64,000 nt of DNA from Betaproteobacteria bacterium HGW-Betaproteobacteria-1 (GCA_002842435.1 PHCX01000004.1:180209-244208); one strand, 5' to 3'; shown: positions 1 through 9,694, counted from the first letter of the stretch. Made by a program: numbers and translations. The notes: a model not told the origin generated them from the sequence alone.

Positions 1-36
1 TTTCCATACGGCAGCAAGGCATAGAAAGCGGAAACG

Positions 37-1305
37 ATGGCTAACAGTATATTTGGAGAGAACTACGGGCTGAAGCAGAAGGCAGATCAGGACTTTCAGG
101 ATATGAAGTTCCAGTTGCATCGTCATTTGATCGCAGAAATCGAGCGCGAGAATGTCGATCTGTTTATTCTGTCCCGCGACCGACTTTCCGAATATGTGCA
201 TAACAAGATCCGGGAATACATTTCCGAGAAGCGTCTGCCCGTCAGTGGTTATGAGCTGCAAACACTGAGTGGTCAAATCGTCGATGAATTGGCAGGTTAC
301 GGACCGTTGGAGAGCTTGATCAATGATGATCATGTCGACGATATCCTGGTTAACGGCCCGCGCCAGATTTTTATCGAACGTAACGGCAAGCTTGAAGGCA
401 CGAACTACCGCTTTATTGACGATGACCATGTACTGCGCGTCATTCGCCGTATTCTTGCCCCGCTGGGGCGTCGCATCGACGAATCCAGCCCAATGGTGGA
501 TGCGCGCTTACCGGATGGCAGCCGCGTCAATGCCATCATTCCGCCGCTGGCGCTGGACGGCCCTTGCATTTCCATCCGTAAGTTTCGCAAGGAGCCCTTG
601 CTGGCAGCGGATTTGTTGAAACTGGGCTCTTTCGATGACGCTATGCTTGCGTTTCTGACAGCTGCGGTTCAGCAACGCTGCAACATTATCATCACTGGCG
701 GTACCGGTTCAGGCAAGACGACGTTGCTTAATGTATTGAGCCGCTTCATTCCCCAGGATGAGCGGGTCGTGACAATCGAGGATGCGGCAGAGCTGCAACT
801 CAAGCATGAGCATGTGGTGCGTCTGGAAACGCGCCCACATAATATTGATGGTGTGGGAGAAATCACTGCTCGTGATCTGGTGCGTAACACCTTGCGCATG
901 CGGCCGGACCGTATTGTTCTTGGCGAAGTGCGCGGTAATGAGGTCATGGATGTATTGCAGGCGATGAACACAGGCCATGACGGGTGTATGACGACCTTGC
1001 ATGCCAATAACTGTACGGATGCCATGCTGCGTCTGGAAATGCTGGCAGGCCTGGCGAATTTTCAGGGGTCTGAGAAAACCCTGCGCCAGATGATAGCCGC
1101 AGCGATTGAACTGGTTGTGCATATCAGCCGCTTGCCGAACGGTCAGCGCAAGGTGGTTTCGATCACAGAGATAGCCGGCGTGCGTGATGGGCAGTTTGTC
1201 ATGAGCGAGTTGTATGCCTACGATGTTGCAGGCAAGCAGTTCGTCCGGGCGAATGTGCAGTCGGTCAATTATAAATTGCAAGCGATAACGGCGGGCGGGC
1301 AATGA
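37..1305 (+). CDS. tadA: Tad/Flp pilus assembly ATPase (CpaF/TadA)
   Basis: Walker A GGTGSGKTT, TIEDAAEL, LRMRPDRIVLGEVRG and MNTGHDG motifs; followed by TadB/C-like membrane genes. Confidence 0.95.
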   Translation: MANSIFGENYGLKQKADQDFQDMKFQLHRHLIAEIERENVDLFILSRDRLSEYVHNKIREYISEKRLPVSGYELQTLSGQIVDELAGYGPLESLINDDHVDDILVNGPRQIFIERNGKLEGTNYRFIDDDHVLRVIRRILAPLGRRIDESSPMVDARLPDGSRVNAIIPPLALDGPCISIRKFRKEPLLAADLLKLGSFDDAMLAFLTAAVQQRCNIIITGGTGSGKTTLLNVLSRFIPQDERVVTIEDAAELQLKHEHVVRLETRPHNIDGVGEITARDLVRNTLRMRPDRIVLGEVRGNEVMDVLQAMNTGHDGCMTTLHANNCTDAMLRLEMLAGLANFQGSEKTLRQMIAAAIELVVHISRLPNGQRKVVSITEIAGVRDGQFVMSELYAYDVAGKQFVRANVQSVNYKLQAITAGGQ

Positions 1306-2225
1306 TCGCAATCAACTATATCGGGGTTATTATCATCGCAGCTGCATTTCTGGTGCTGGCGCTGGCACTCTGGCTCTATTATCACAGCAGGAATGTGCAC
1401 TTCCTCGAACAGGTCGACTCACGCTTCGAGCAGGTTTTGCGACAGGCTGCGGTTGTTGACTTGCCTGCAGGCAAACGTCTGACCAACTGGCAGAAGCTGC
1501 GCTTGCGGGCTTCCATCTATGCCGGTTTTGAAATCAAGGAAAGGCATTTCTTCATTATCCCTCTGCTTTTTATAGCATTTGGGTTGATGGGGCTGGCGTT
1601 ATTTGGCTGGGCTGGGGCATTCCTGTTTTTTGGATTGTCTGTGCTGATCTTTGGTTTTGTTTTGCCCTATCGGCGCTTGCGCCGCAAAAAGGCTTTGGTG
1701 ATTTCGCAGATTCCCCTGTTTATTGACCAGGTGTTACGCAGCCTCAGCACCGGGCGCAGCCTGGAAAGCGCAATTCGTCTCGCTGCCGATGAGGCCAAGC
1801 CGCCGTTCAAACACATGCTGGATCGCATCATGCGAGAGACCGACCTGGGGGCCGATATGGCGGACAGCTTTGGTCAGACGGCAGAATTGCATGGTCTCAA
1901 GGAACTCAGCCTGATTGCTCTGGCCATGCGTATAAGCAACAGCTTTGGCAGCAGCCCGAACGAGATGCTGGAAAGGGTCGTGCAGATGATACGCCAGCAG
2001 GAACTGGCACGGCGGGAACTGGCGGCGATGACTGGCGAAACCCGTATCTCCGCCTGGGTACTGGGTTTGACTCCCATTCTACTGGCGGTGTACATGATGT
2101 TGGTCAATCCGAACTATATCAACCTCATGCTGCAGGAGGATTCAGGCAAGACCATACTGATGGTGGCGTTCGGATTGCAGGGTGTCGGTGCACTCCTGCT
2201 TTGGCGCATGTTGAAGAGCATCTGA
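1302..2225 (+). CDS. tadB: Tad pilus inner-membrane platform protein TadB (T2SSF family)
   Basis: TM segments, IDQVLRSLSTGRSLESA, ELAAMTGETRISAWVL; ATGA overlap with tadA. Confidence 0.88.
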   Translation: MIAINYIGVIIIAAAFLVLALALWLYYHSRNVHFLEQVDSRFEQVLRQAAVVDLPAGKRLTNWQKLRLRASIYAGFEIKERHFFIIPLLFIAFGLMGLALFGWAGAFLFFGLSVLIFGFVLPYRRLRRKKALVISQIPLFIDQVLRSLSTGRSLESAIRLAADEAKPPFKHMLDRIMRETDLGADMADSFGQTAELHGLKELSLIALAMRISNSFGSSPNEMLERVVQMIRQQELARRELAAMTGETRISAWVLGLTPILLAVYMMLVNPNYINLMLQEDSGKTILMVAFGLQGVGALLLWRMLKSI

Positions 2226-2230
2226 CGAAT

Positions 2231-3142
2231 ATGAGCTTCTGGTGGTGGATGACAACGATATTGATGATTGCGGCAGCCGCTGTCGTGATGATCGCAGCCC
2301 AGCGCGGCAAGACTTCTGTGCATGTCAGGCAGCGTTTCCGTGAGGTGCTTCGACAGGAGGGAGTGAACGACCCTCTGCAGTCCGGCGGCCATGACGCCGG
2401 GCAATGGCAGCATGAGCTGTTGGAGCGTATCTCACGCAGTGATATGGATGAGTTGCCGGGTCTCTTGCGCCAGGCCGGTTGGGGTGGCGAGCAGTCCCGT
2501 TATTATTATTTGCTGGCCGCATGGTTGCTGCCTGTGATCGGCGGGCTGGTCAGCGGTATTTATGCCATGTCCCGGGGTGAGACCCTGGCGCATGTGCTGT
2601 TTTATGTATTGTTCGGTTTTGGCTTGTTGTTTGTTGGTATCCGGCGTTTCTTGCGCTGGAAAGCCAGGAGTCGACAAGCGGCAATTCGCCGTGAAGTCCT
2701 TACCTGGCTGCATCTTTTGCGCATGCTGTTTGATGCGGGATTGTCGCTTGAACATATACTGCATGTGACCGAAGATCAGGGACGTGAGCTGATACCGAAT
2801 ATTGCACATGAGCTGCGGCAGGTGCTGGTTCGTATCCGCGCCGGTCAGGAACGCGGGGAGGCACTTGCCGAGATGGCGGCGCCGCTCGATGTGCCGGAGT
2901 TGAATGATACGGTGGCCATGATGAAGCAGGTGACGAAATATGGCGGCAATATCAGTGAGTCACTGGCTGAATATGCTGAACTGCTGGAGCAGCGGCAGGT
3001 GTCAGAGCTGCGTGAATATGTCAGCAAGCTTTCGGCGAAGATGACGATCGTCATGATGTTGTTTCTGTTTCCCGCACTCATTATCTTTCTGGCAGGCCCG
3101 GGTTTCATGGGGCTGGTCAGGGCGCTGAAAGGTCTGGCATGA
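2231..3142 (+). CDS. tadC: Tad pilus inner-membrane platform protein TadC
   Basis: LRMLFDAGLSLE, KYGGNI, KLSAKMTIVMMLFLFPAL; start set at ATG 2231, 5 nt after the tadB stop, rather than the track start 2201. Confidence 0.88.
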   Translation: MSFWWWMTTILMIAAAAVVMIAAQRGKTSVHVRQRFREVLRQEGVNDPLQSGGHDAGQWQHELLERISRSDMDELPGLLRQAGWGGEQSRYYYLLAAWLLPVIGGLVSGIYAMSRGETLAHVLFYVLFGFGLLFVGIRRFLRWKARSRQAAIRREVLTWLHLLRMLFDAGLSLEHILHVTEDQGRELIPNIAHELRQVLVRIRAGQERGEALAEMAAPLDVPELNDTVAMMKQVTKYGGNISESLAEYAELLEQRQVSELREYVSKLSAKMTIVMMLFLFPALIIFLAGPGFMGLVRALKGLA

Positions 3143-3873
3143 AGTATCTGCGATTCAATTTGAGGATTTGGTTCGGCATGCTCGGTCTGGCATGCCTGTT
3201 GGCATCGCAGCTATTGGCAGCTGCAGAAATGATGAGCAATCAGCAGGGTCGCCAACCGGCCAAGGCCAGAAATGCCGCATGTGCCGAGTTGCCGGCCGAA
3301 GATGCCACCAATCTCGGCCTGATACGCCAGACGCTGGCAGACGGCAAGCCGCACGCAGCGCTGGCCTTTCTCGATGCAAGCGGGATTGCACACCCGCAGG
3401 CTGAAGTGTTGCGCGCGGATGGTTTGCGGCAGAGCGGACGGGAAGGGCAGGCCGAACAGATTTACCGGCAATTGCTGAGTACCTGCGTTTCCGGCTATGC
3501 CTATCGGGGCTTGGGGCTGATAGCCGCCAACGCCGGCAATATACAGGAAGCAGTCGAGCATTTGCGCATGGCCAGTGCAGCCCTGCCGACAGAACATACC
3601 ATTCGCAATGATTACGGCTACATGCTGATGCTGGCCGATAAGGGCAATGCGGCGCTGCATGAGTTTCTGACAGCCGTCGAACTGGTCGCCGATTATCGAC
3701 AGGCGGCGCACAATTTATTGTTGTTGCTTTATCGCAATGGCGACGATCAGCGCGCGCAGGTATTTGCCCGCCAATTCGGCGTTACTGCGGAAGAGATGAC
3801 GCATCTGCAGGAGATGGCCCGCCAGCCCCTGTCGCATGCAAATATCAATCAGGAAAGAACAGGAGTGCAATGA
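3139..3873 (+). CDS. tadD: TPR protein, TadD-like pilotin
   Basis: N-terminal signal-like segment, TPR helices (AYRGLGLIAA, IRNDYGYMLML, AAHNLLLLL); position after tadC. Confidence 0.75.
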   Translation: MKYLRFNLRIWFGMLGLACLLASQLLAAAEMMSNQQGRQPAKARNAACAELPAEDATNLGLIRQTLADGKPHAALAFLDASGIAHPQAEVLRADGLRQSGREGQAEQIYRQLLSTCVSGYAYRGLGLIAANAGNIQEAVEHLRMASAALPTEHTIRNDYGYMLMLADKGNAALHEFLTAVELVADYRQAAHNLLLLLYRNGDDQRAQVFARQFGVTAEEMTHLQEMARQPLSHANINQERTGVQ

Positions 3874-4148
3874 TGAACTGCAAAATCTTGCTGACATTGG
3901 CGTTCATGCTCAGTGCCGCAGCAGCCCGCGCCGAGGGCGTGGCTGAACAGCCGCCAGCCGGGCAGCAGACCCCGTCGACAACTGCCACGCGCGCCTGGAT
4001 GGATCTGCAGAGCAGCGGACAGGAAGCATCCAAACAGCCGCAACCGCTCTCCGGTGAAACAATGGAGAAGATACATAAGCGCTATATAGACAGCTTCGGC
4101 AAGCCGATTCCTGAATATTACGAACATGAGTCGTTTACCGATAACTAA
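3870..4148 (+). CDS. Small exported Tad-locus protein (DUF3613-like)
   Basis: Signal peptide (AARA/E); TRAWMDLQSSG and KRYIDSFGKPIP resemble the small protein between tadD and tadG in Pseudomonas-type loci (recalled, not searched). Confidence 0.65.
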   Translation: MMNCKILLTLAFMLSAAAARAEGVAEQPPAGQQTPSTTATRAWMDLQSSGQEASKQPQPLSGETMEKIHKRYIDSFGKPIPEYYEHESFTDN

Positions 4149-5772
4149 CTTGCATCGCCAGTGCGGCGCCATCGGTTTGATGGGTACGCTGACGCTGTTG
4201 ATGGCGATATTGTTCACTGCACTGGCAGTGGATAGCGGGCGTCTGTGGATGCAACAGAAAAATTTGCAGGTGATTGCCGATATCGCGGCAATTGAGGCAG
4301 CCCGTAGCCTTGGTTGTGCTGCCGATGTGACGGATGCGCTGGCTGCGGCGCAGGCAGCCGCTGCGAATAACGGCTACGCCGGCAATCTTGCCAACAGTCC
4401 CAATCTGGTCGATCTGGGTAGTGCCAACTCCAGCAGCGGCATACGTGAATTCATCCCAGGTGACGGAGCCGCGGCGGTCTATGTACGTGCCACCCAGGAG
4501 GTTCCCAGGAGCCTGGTCGCAGGCGGTCTGTTCGGTGGCAATATCATGCTTTCCGCAGAAGCTGTCTCGCTTGCGGATCCTTCCCTGGCCGCATTCAGCG
4601 CCGGTAGCTATACGGCAAGCCTGAATAGCGAGGACTCTGTGTTGCTCAACGCACTTTTGGGTAACATGTTAGGCGCACCGCTCAATCTCGGTGTAATCGG
4701 TTATCAAGGGATTGCCCAGACCAACATTACCTTGCAGGATCTGCTGCAAGTGTCAGCAGATGCAGGCAATTATGAGGATTTGCTCAATTCCAGCGTGCAG
4801 GTGTCGGAGTTGCTGCAAATCTTCGTCGATGCGGCCACCGAAAATGGCGCAGCCGATGTGCAGGCAATTGCCGCCATGCAAAGCATTGCCAATGTGGCGG
4901 TGCGCGACCTGAGTCTGCGGTTGGGCGATGTGCTCGCAGTGACGACAGCGGAGGCAAATGCGGCTGCCACAGTAGGCCTCAATGCGCTCTCGTTAATCAC
5001 CACCAGCGTGCTGGTGGCCAACGGTACGCATGCCGTGACCCTGCCGCTGGGCATCAACCTGGCTTCAATTGCCAGTATCGATGCGCTGGTCACCGTGGTC
5101 GAGCCGCCGCAAATGGCGCTCGGCCCGCCGGCAAATGCCGACGGGACGATCTGCACCAGCATGAAGACTGCAGAGGTTCGTGTGCAGGTGCCGGTAGTCG
5201 TTAATATTCCATTGCTGGCAAGAGTTGACCTGTCACTCAACATTGAAGTTGCGCAGGGTGGAGCCGATTTGCTTGCGATCGATAGCGGCGATACCTCGAC
5301 CGATGTGCAGATTGCTGCCCAGCCTGGTATAGCCTCCATCACTTTGACTGATACGACCGGCACTGCCCCTGCCCGTATCAGCACGCTTAATCTGCCGTTG
5401 ATTCCAGGCATTCCGATTGCCGATATCGGCCTTGATCTGCCGGTTCAACCGCCCGGCAGCGAAACGCTCGATTTTAGTGTGGCGCATCCTGTAGCTGACG
5501 ACTTGCCGCAGCTCCAGACGGTAACCAGTCCGCTCGGCAGCAGTCTGCAGAACGCCTTGAGTCAATCTGGCGCACTGGATATTACGGTGTTGAGCATACT
5601 CAATCTGGGGCTGGTCAACGATGTGGTGTCTGCTGTTATCAGCCCGCTGCTAGGCGAGATCGGCCGTGTACTGCTGGACCCTTTGCTTGAACTGCTGGGT
5701 ATTCGGCTCGGGGGGCTGGATGTCACGCTTGAGGGGGTGCAGTATCATTATTCCAGTCCGTTGGTGATTTAG
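4126..5772 (+). CDS. tadG: TadG-like pilus-associated protein
   Basis: Pseudopilin-like N-terminus RQCG/AIGLMGTLTLLM...ALAVDSGRLW...NLQVIADIAAIEAA; last gene of the Tad run. Confidence 0.8.
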   Translation: MSRLPITNLHRQCGAIGLMGTLTLLMAILFTALAVDSGRLWMQQKNLQVIADIAAIEAARSLGCAADVTDALAAAQAAAANNGYAGNLANSPNLVDLGSANSSSGIREFIPGDGAAAVYVRATQEVPRSLVAGGLFGGNIMLSAEAVSLADPSLAAFSAGSYTASLNSEDSVLLNALLGNMLGAPLNLGVIGYQGIAQTNITLQDLLQVSADAGNYEDLLNSSVQVSELLQIFVDAATENGAADVQAIAAMQSIANVAVRDLSLRLGDVLAVTTAEANAAATVGLNALSLITTSVLVANGTHAVTLPLGINLASIASIDALVTVVEPPQMALGPPANADGTICTSMKTAEVRVQVPVVVNIPLLARVDLSLNIEVAQGGADLLAIDSGDTSTDVQIAAQPGIASITLTDTTGTAPARISTLNLPLIPGIPIADIGLDLPVQPPGSETLDFSVAHPVADDLPQLQTVTSPLGSSLQNALSQSGALDITVLSILNLGLVNDVVSAVISPLLGEIGRVLLDPLLELLGIRLGGLDVTLEGVQYHYSSPLVI

Positions 5773-5791
5773 TCTGGTGTAGAGACCAAGT

Positions 5792-5826
5792 AAAAAGGCC
5801 GGAAGCAATACGCTTCCGGCCTTTTT
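5792..5826. terminator. Bidirectional intrinsic terminator between tadG and nrdJ
   Basis: Perfect 15-bp inverted repeat AAAAAGGCCGGAAGC-aatac-GCTTCCGGCCTTTTT between convergent genes. Confidence 0.9.
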
Positions 5827-5846
5827 GTTTACTGTTCTCAGTTTAA

Positions 5847-7991
5847 TCAGAACTTGCCGTAGTAACCTTCCTTCATTGCATCGTACAAGTTGGCAGCGGA
5901 ATGGATCTCGCCGTCATACTCGATCTCTTCGTTGCCCTTGGCTTCGATGACGGTGCCGTCTTCCAGCGTGAACTTGTAGGTGGTGTTTTCCAGATCCTTC
6001 TCGGTCACCAGCACGCCCTGGAAGGCTTCCGGGTTGAAGCGGAAAGTGGTGCAGCCCTTCAGGCCCTTGTCGTAGGCGTAGAGATAGATGTTCTTGAAGT
6101 CCTCGAAATCGTAGTCGGTCGGCACGTTGATGGTCTTGGAGATGGAGCTGTCGATCCATTTCTGCGCGGCCGCTTGAATGTCGACATGCGCCTTGGCCTG
6201 GATCGTCGAGGAGTCGAGGAAATAGTCCGGCAACTGCTCTTCCGGCTTGTCGGAGAACGGCATGGCGCTTGAGTTGACCAACTCGCGGTAGGCCAGAAGT
6301 TCGTAGGAGAAGACGTCGACTTTCTCTTTGGATTTCTTGCCTTCGCGAATCACGTTGCGTGCATAGTGGTGGGCGAACGAGGGTTCGATACCGTTGCTGG
6401 CGTTGTTGGCCAGTGACAGTGAAATGGTGCCGGTCGGTGCGATCGAACTATGGTGCGTGAAGCGCACGCCGTTCTTGGCGATCTCCTTGCGCAGGGCTTC
6501 CGGAAACTGCTGCATGTACTTGCTGTACAGGCCCATCAGCACCTTGCCCTTGACCTTGGCACCGAGCTTGATGCCGTCGGCCTTCATTTCAGGACGCTTG
6601 GCCAGCATGTCGGCGGTGATGACGAACTCTTCATCCATGATCGGTGCCGGGCCTTTTTCCTTGGCCAGTTCAACGCCGACTTCCCAACCTACTTCGGCCA
6701 TGACCTTGGTCACTTCTTCGGTGAATCTCAATGAATCGGCTTCGCCGTATTTCATCTTGAGCATGGTCAGTGTGGAGCCGAGGCCGAGGTAACCCATGCC
6801 GTGGCGGCGCTTGCGGGCGATTTCGTCACGCTGTTGTTGCAGCGGCAGGCCGTTGATCTCGACCACGTTGTCCAGCATGCGGGTGAAGGTGGCGACTACT
6901 TCGCGGTATTCGTCCCAGTCGAAATACGCCTTGTCGGTGAAAGGCTGGCGCACGAACTTGGTCAGGTTGACCGAGCCCAGCAGGCAGGCACCATAAGGTG
7001 GCAGTGGCTGTTCGCCGCAGGGGTTGGTGGCGCGGATGTTCTCGCAGAACCAGTTGTTGTTCATCTCGTTGACGCGGTCGATGAGGATAAAGCCCGGTTC
7101 GGCGAAGTCGTAGGTGGAGGACATGATGACATCCCACAGACGCTGCGCCTTGATGGTCTTGTAGACGCGGCAGGCGACCTTGCCGTCGGATTCGCGCGTC
7201 AGGTATTTGTTCTTCACCGGCCATTCGCGCCAGACCACCTTGCTGTCGTCTTTCAGGTCGAGCTTGTCGGCTTCGGCTTCCTTGGCAGTGACCGGGAATG
7301 CCAGTTTCCATTCGGCATCGGCTTTCACCGCTTCCATGAATTCCTTGGTGATCAGGCAGGACAGGTTGAACTGGCGCAGGCGGCCGGCTTCGCGCTTGGC
7401 CTTGATGAAGTCGGTGACATCCGGATGGGAGATGTCGAAAGTCGCCATCTGTGCGCCGCGACGGCCACCGGCGGAGGAGACGGTAAAGCACATCTTGTCG
7501 TAGATATCCATGAAGGACAACGGGCCGCTGGTGTAGGCACCGGCGCCGGCGACAAATGCGCCCTTCGGACGCAGGGTGGAGAATTCGTAACCGATACCGC
7601 AACCGGCTTTCAGGGTCAGGCCGGCTTCATGCACTTTTTCCAGGATGCCGTCCATGCTGTCTTCAACCGTGCCGGATACGGTGCAGTTGATGGTGGAAGT
7701 GGCAGGCTTGTGTTCCAGCGCGCCGGCATTGGAGGTGATGCGGCCGGCAGGGATGGCGCCACGGCGCAATGCCCAGACGAACTTCTCGTACCACAATTCA
7801 CGTTTTTCTTCGGTGTCTTCGGCATCGGCCAGGGCACGCGCCACGCGACGATAGGTGTCGTCCATGTTCGCGTCGAGACATTCACCCTGCTTGGTCTTCA
7901 GGCGGTATTTTTTGTCCCAGATATCGAGGGAGACAGATTGCATGGGAACTTCTTTTTCGGTCTCTTGAGACATTTTCACGGCCTTGAGCAT
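5847..7991 (-). CDS. nrdJ: Class II (adenosylcobalamin-dependent) ribonucleotide reductase, NrdJa-type large subunit
   Basis: PAGRI, TINC, NPCGEQPL, GACLLGS, GYLGLG, IAPTGTIS, SISKTINVP; ends YYGKF with no C-terminal Cys pair; SD AGGAAGGA upstream. Confidence 0.93.
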   Translation of the reverse strand: MLKAVKMSQETEKEVPMQSVSLDIWDKKYRLKTKQGECLDANMDDTYRRVARALADAEDTEEKRELWYEKFVWALRRGAIPAGRITSNAGALEHKPATSTINCTVSGTVEDSMDGILEKVHEAGLTLKAGCGIGYEFSTLRPKGAFVAGAGAYTSGPLSFMDIYDKMCFTVSSAGGRRGAQMATFDISHPDVTDFIKAKREAGRLRQFNLSCLITKEFMEAVKADAEWKLAFPVTAKEAEADKLDLKDDSKVVWREWPVKNKYLTRESDGKVACRVYKTIKAQRLWDVIMSSTYDFAEPGFILIDRVNEMNNNWFCENIRATNPCGEQPLPPYGACLLGSVNLTKFVRQPFTDKAYFDWDEYREVVATFTRMLDNVVEINGLPLQQQRDEIARKRRHGMGYLGLGSTLTMLKMKYGEADSLRFTEEVTKVMAEVGWEVGVELAKEKGPAPIMDEEFVITADMLAKRPEMKADGIKLGAKVKGKVLMGLYSKYMQQFPEALRKEIAKNGVRFTHHSSIAPTGTISLSLANNASNGIEPSFAHHYARNVIREGKKSKEKVDVFSYELLAYRELVNSSAMPFSDKPEEQLPDYFLDSSTIQAKAHVDIQAAAQKWIDSSISKTINVPTDYDFEDFKNIYLYAYDKGLKGCTTFRFNPEAFQGVLVTEKDLENTTYKFTLEDGTVIEAKGNEEIEYDGEIHSAANLYDAMKEGYYGKF

Positions 7992-8070
7992 GGGAACGCA
8001 TCCTTCCTGATTTTGCTAGATTTTCTTGTTAGTGACTACGGTGCAGCTTTTCGAGTAAAACAGGCTGCAA

Positions 8071-8086
8071 CCACAATATATTGTGA
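8071..8086. promoter_or_regulatory. NrdR box upstream of nrdJ
   Basis: cCACAATATATTGTGa: 14-bp perfect palindrome matching the acaCwAtATaTwGtg consensus, 80 bp upstream of nrdJ; degenerate second box 31 bp away (8102-8117). Confidence 0.85.
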
Positions 8087-8279
8087 TTGGATGTAAAGTT
8101 ATGTCATTAAGTAGGGTTCGTCAACCATAAATTTGTATCAGGAACTGCACCGGAAATGTGCATCAAAGGCAATAGCCAGACTGGCCTTGCGATTGCTCAA
8201 GGTGAGTCCTTGCTTACTTGCCGGAAAATAATTTTCTGGACATTTTTTCGCAGCTGGTGATGTGTGAGAAAATCGGTCC

Positions 8280-9533
8280 ATGTCCAGATTTTTCTATTCG
8301 TTACTACTCTATGTGCTGCTACCTTTTACGCCCTTGAAACTCTTGTGGCGTGGTATGCGTCAGCCGGAATACCGGCAGCATCTGGCGGAACGCTACGGTT
8401 TCTACGCAACAAAGCCGCAGCAGCCCGTGATCTGGCTGCACTGTGTCTCGCTCGGCGAGACCCGCGCCGCAGCGCCGCTGGTGCAAGCGCTCATGACTCA
8501 GTATCCGCAGCACCGCATCCTGCTGACCCATGCTACCCCGACCGGGCGCGAAGCTGGCGAGCAGTTGTTCGGCGACCGTGTGGACCGTGTTTACCTGCCC
8601 TACGATACACCGGATGCGGTTGCCAGGTTCCTCAATCATTTCCGCCCCGCCATTGGTCTCCTGCTGGAGACCGAACTGTGGTTCAACCTGATTGCTGGTT
8701 GCAAGGTGCGGGATATTCCCTTGCTGCTGGTTAATGCGCGCTTGTCCGAACACTCGGCCCGGGGCTATGGCAAGGTGGCGAACCTGACGCGGCAGGGTTT
8801 GCAGGATTTGACGGCGATTGCGGCGCAGACCGAACAGGATGCCGCGCGTTTCAGGCAACTCGGCGCAGCGCAGGTGACAGTCTGCGGCAACCTCAAGTTC
8901 GATGTGCAGCCGCCTGCCAGTGCGAACAGCGCCGGCGTTGCCTTGCGCGCCCTGTTTGGCGAGCGGCCGGTGTTCCTCGCCGCCAGCACGCGCGACGGCG
9001 AAGAGTCCTTGATTCTGGACGCCTTGCGACAATTGCAGATACCCGGTCTTCTGACGGTCATTGTGCCGCGTCACCCGCAGCGTTTCGATGACGTGGCGGT
9101 CCTGCTGCAAAAGCGTGGGCTGCGTTTCGCACGCAAGTCATCCCTGGTCGCGCCTCTGCCGGCCGATGTTGAGGTGCTGCTGGGCGACAGCATGGGCGAG
9201 ATGTTTACTTATTATGCGGCTTGTGACCTGGCCTTTATCGGCGGCAGCCTGCTGCCGCTGGGCGGCCAGAACCTGATCGAGGCTTGTGCCATGGGCAAGC
9301 CGGTACTGATCGGCCCGCATACCTTCAATTTCGAGCAGGCAAGCGAGCAGGCCATCGCTCACGGCGCGGGCCTGCGCGTGATGAATCCGGGTGAGTTGAC
9401 GCAGGCGCTACAAAAACTCTTAAGTAATCAGACAATGTATCAACGCATGTCTGTAGCGGCGCAAAATTTTAGTCAGAGTGCAACGGGCGCTACGGGTAGG
9501 ATTGTTGCTTTGATTGATACGTATGTTAAGTAA
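8280..9533 (+). CDS. waaA: 3-deoxy-D-manno-octulosonic acid (Kdo) transferase
   Basis: IWLHCVSLGE, ETELWFN, VNARLS, GNLKFD, LAASTR, VPRHPQRF, FIGGSL...GGQNLIE. Confidence 0.96.
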   Translation: MSRFFYSLLLYVLLPFTPLKLLWRGMRQPEYRQHLAERYGFYATKPQQPVIWLHCVSLGETRAAAPLVQALMTQYPQHRILLTHATPTGREAGEQLFGDRVDRVYLPYDTPDAVARFLNHFRPAIGLLLETELWFNLIAGCKVRDIPLLLVNARLSEHSARGYGKVANLTRQGLQDLTAIAAQTEQDAARFRQLGAAQVTVCGNLKFDVQPPASANSAGVALRALFGERPVFLAASTRDGEESLILDALRQLQIPGLLTVIVPRHPQRFDDVAVLLQKRGLRFARKSSLVAPLPADVEVLLGDSMGEMFTYYAACDLAFIGGSLLPLGGQNLIEACAMGKPVLIGPHTFNFEQASEQAIAHGAGLRVMNPGELTQALQKLLSNQTMYQRMSVAAQNFSQSATGATGRIVALIDTYVK

Positions 9534-9648
9534 AGGGGGTTGATGGCGAAACTATCGTATCGATTTATTGCATATAGTTTTCCTAGATATTAGAGTGGCG
9601 CTACATTTGCAAAAAAAGAACTACAAAAATTATGCAAAAATTTACATC

Positions 9649-9694
9649 AAAAATGCCTTGTCTGACCTGATTCCAGGTGGCAAGGCATTTTTTT
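9649..9694. terminator. Long hairpin or terminator between waaA and the DUF2339-type gene
   Basis: AAAAATGCCTTG...ACCTG-attc-CAGGT...CAAGGCATTTTTTT. Confidence 0.65.

Noticed and set aside
7992-8279. Cobalamin riboswitch upstream of nrdJ
   Set aside because: No recognisable B12-box or conserved core; the region is explained by NrdR boxes and divergent promoters.
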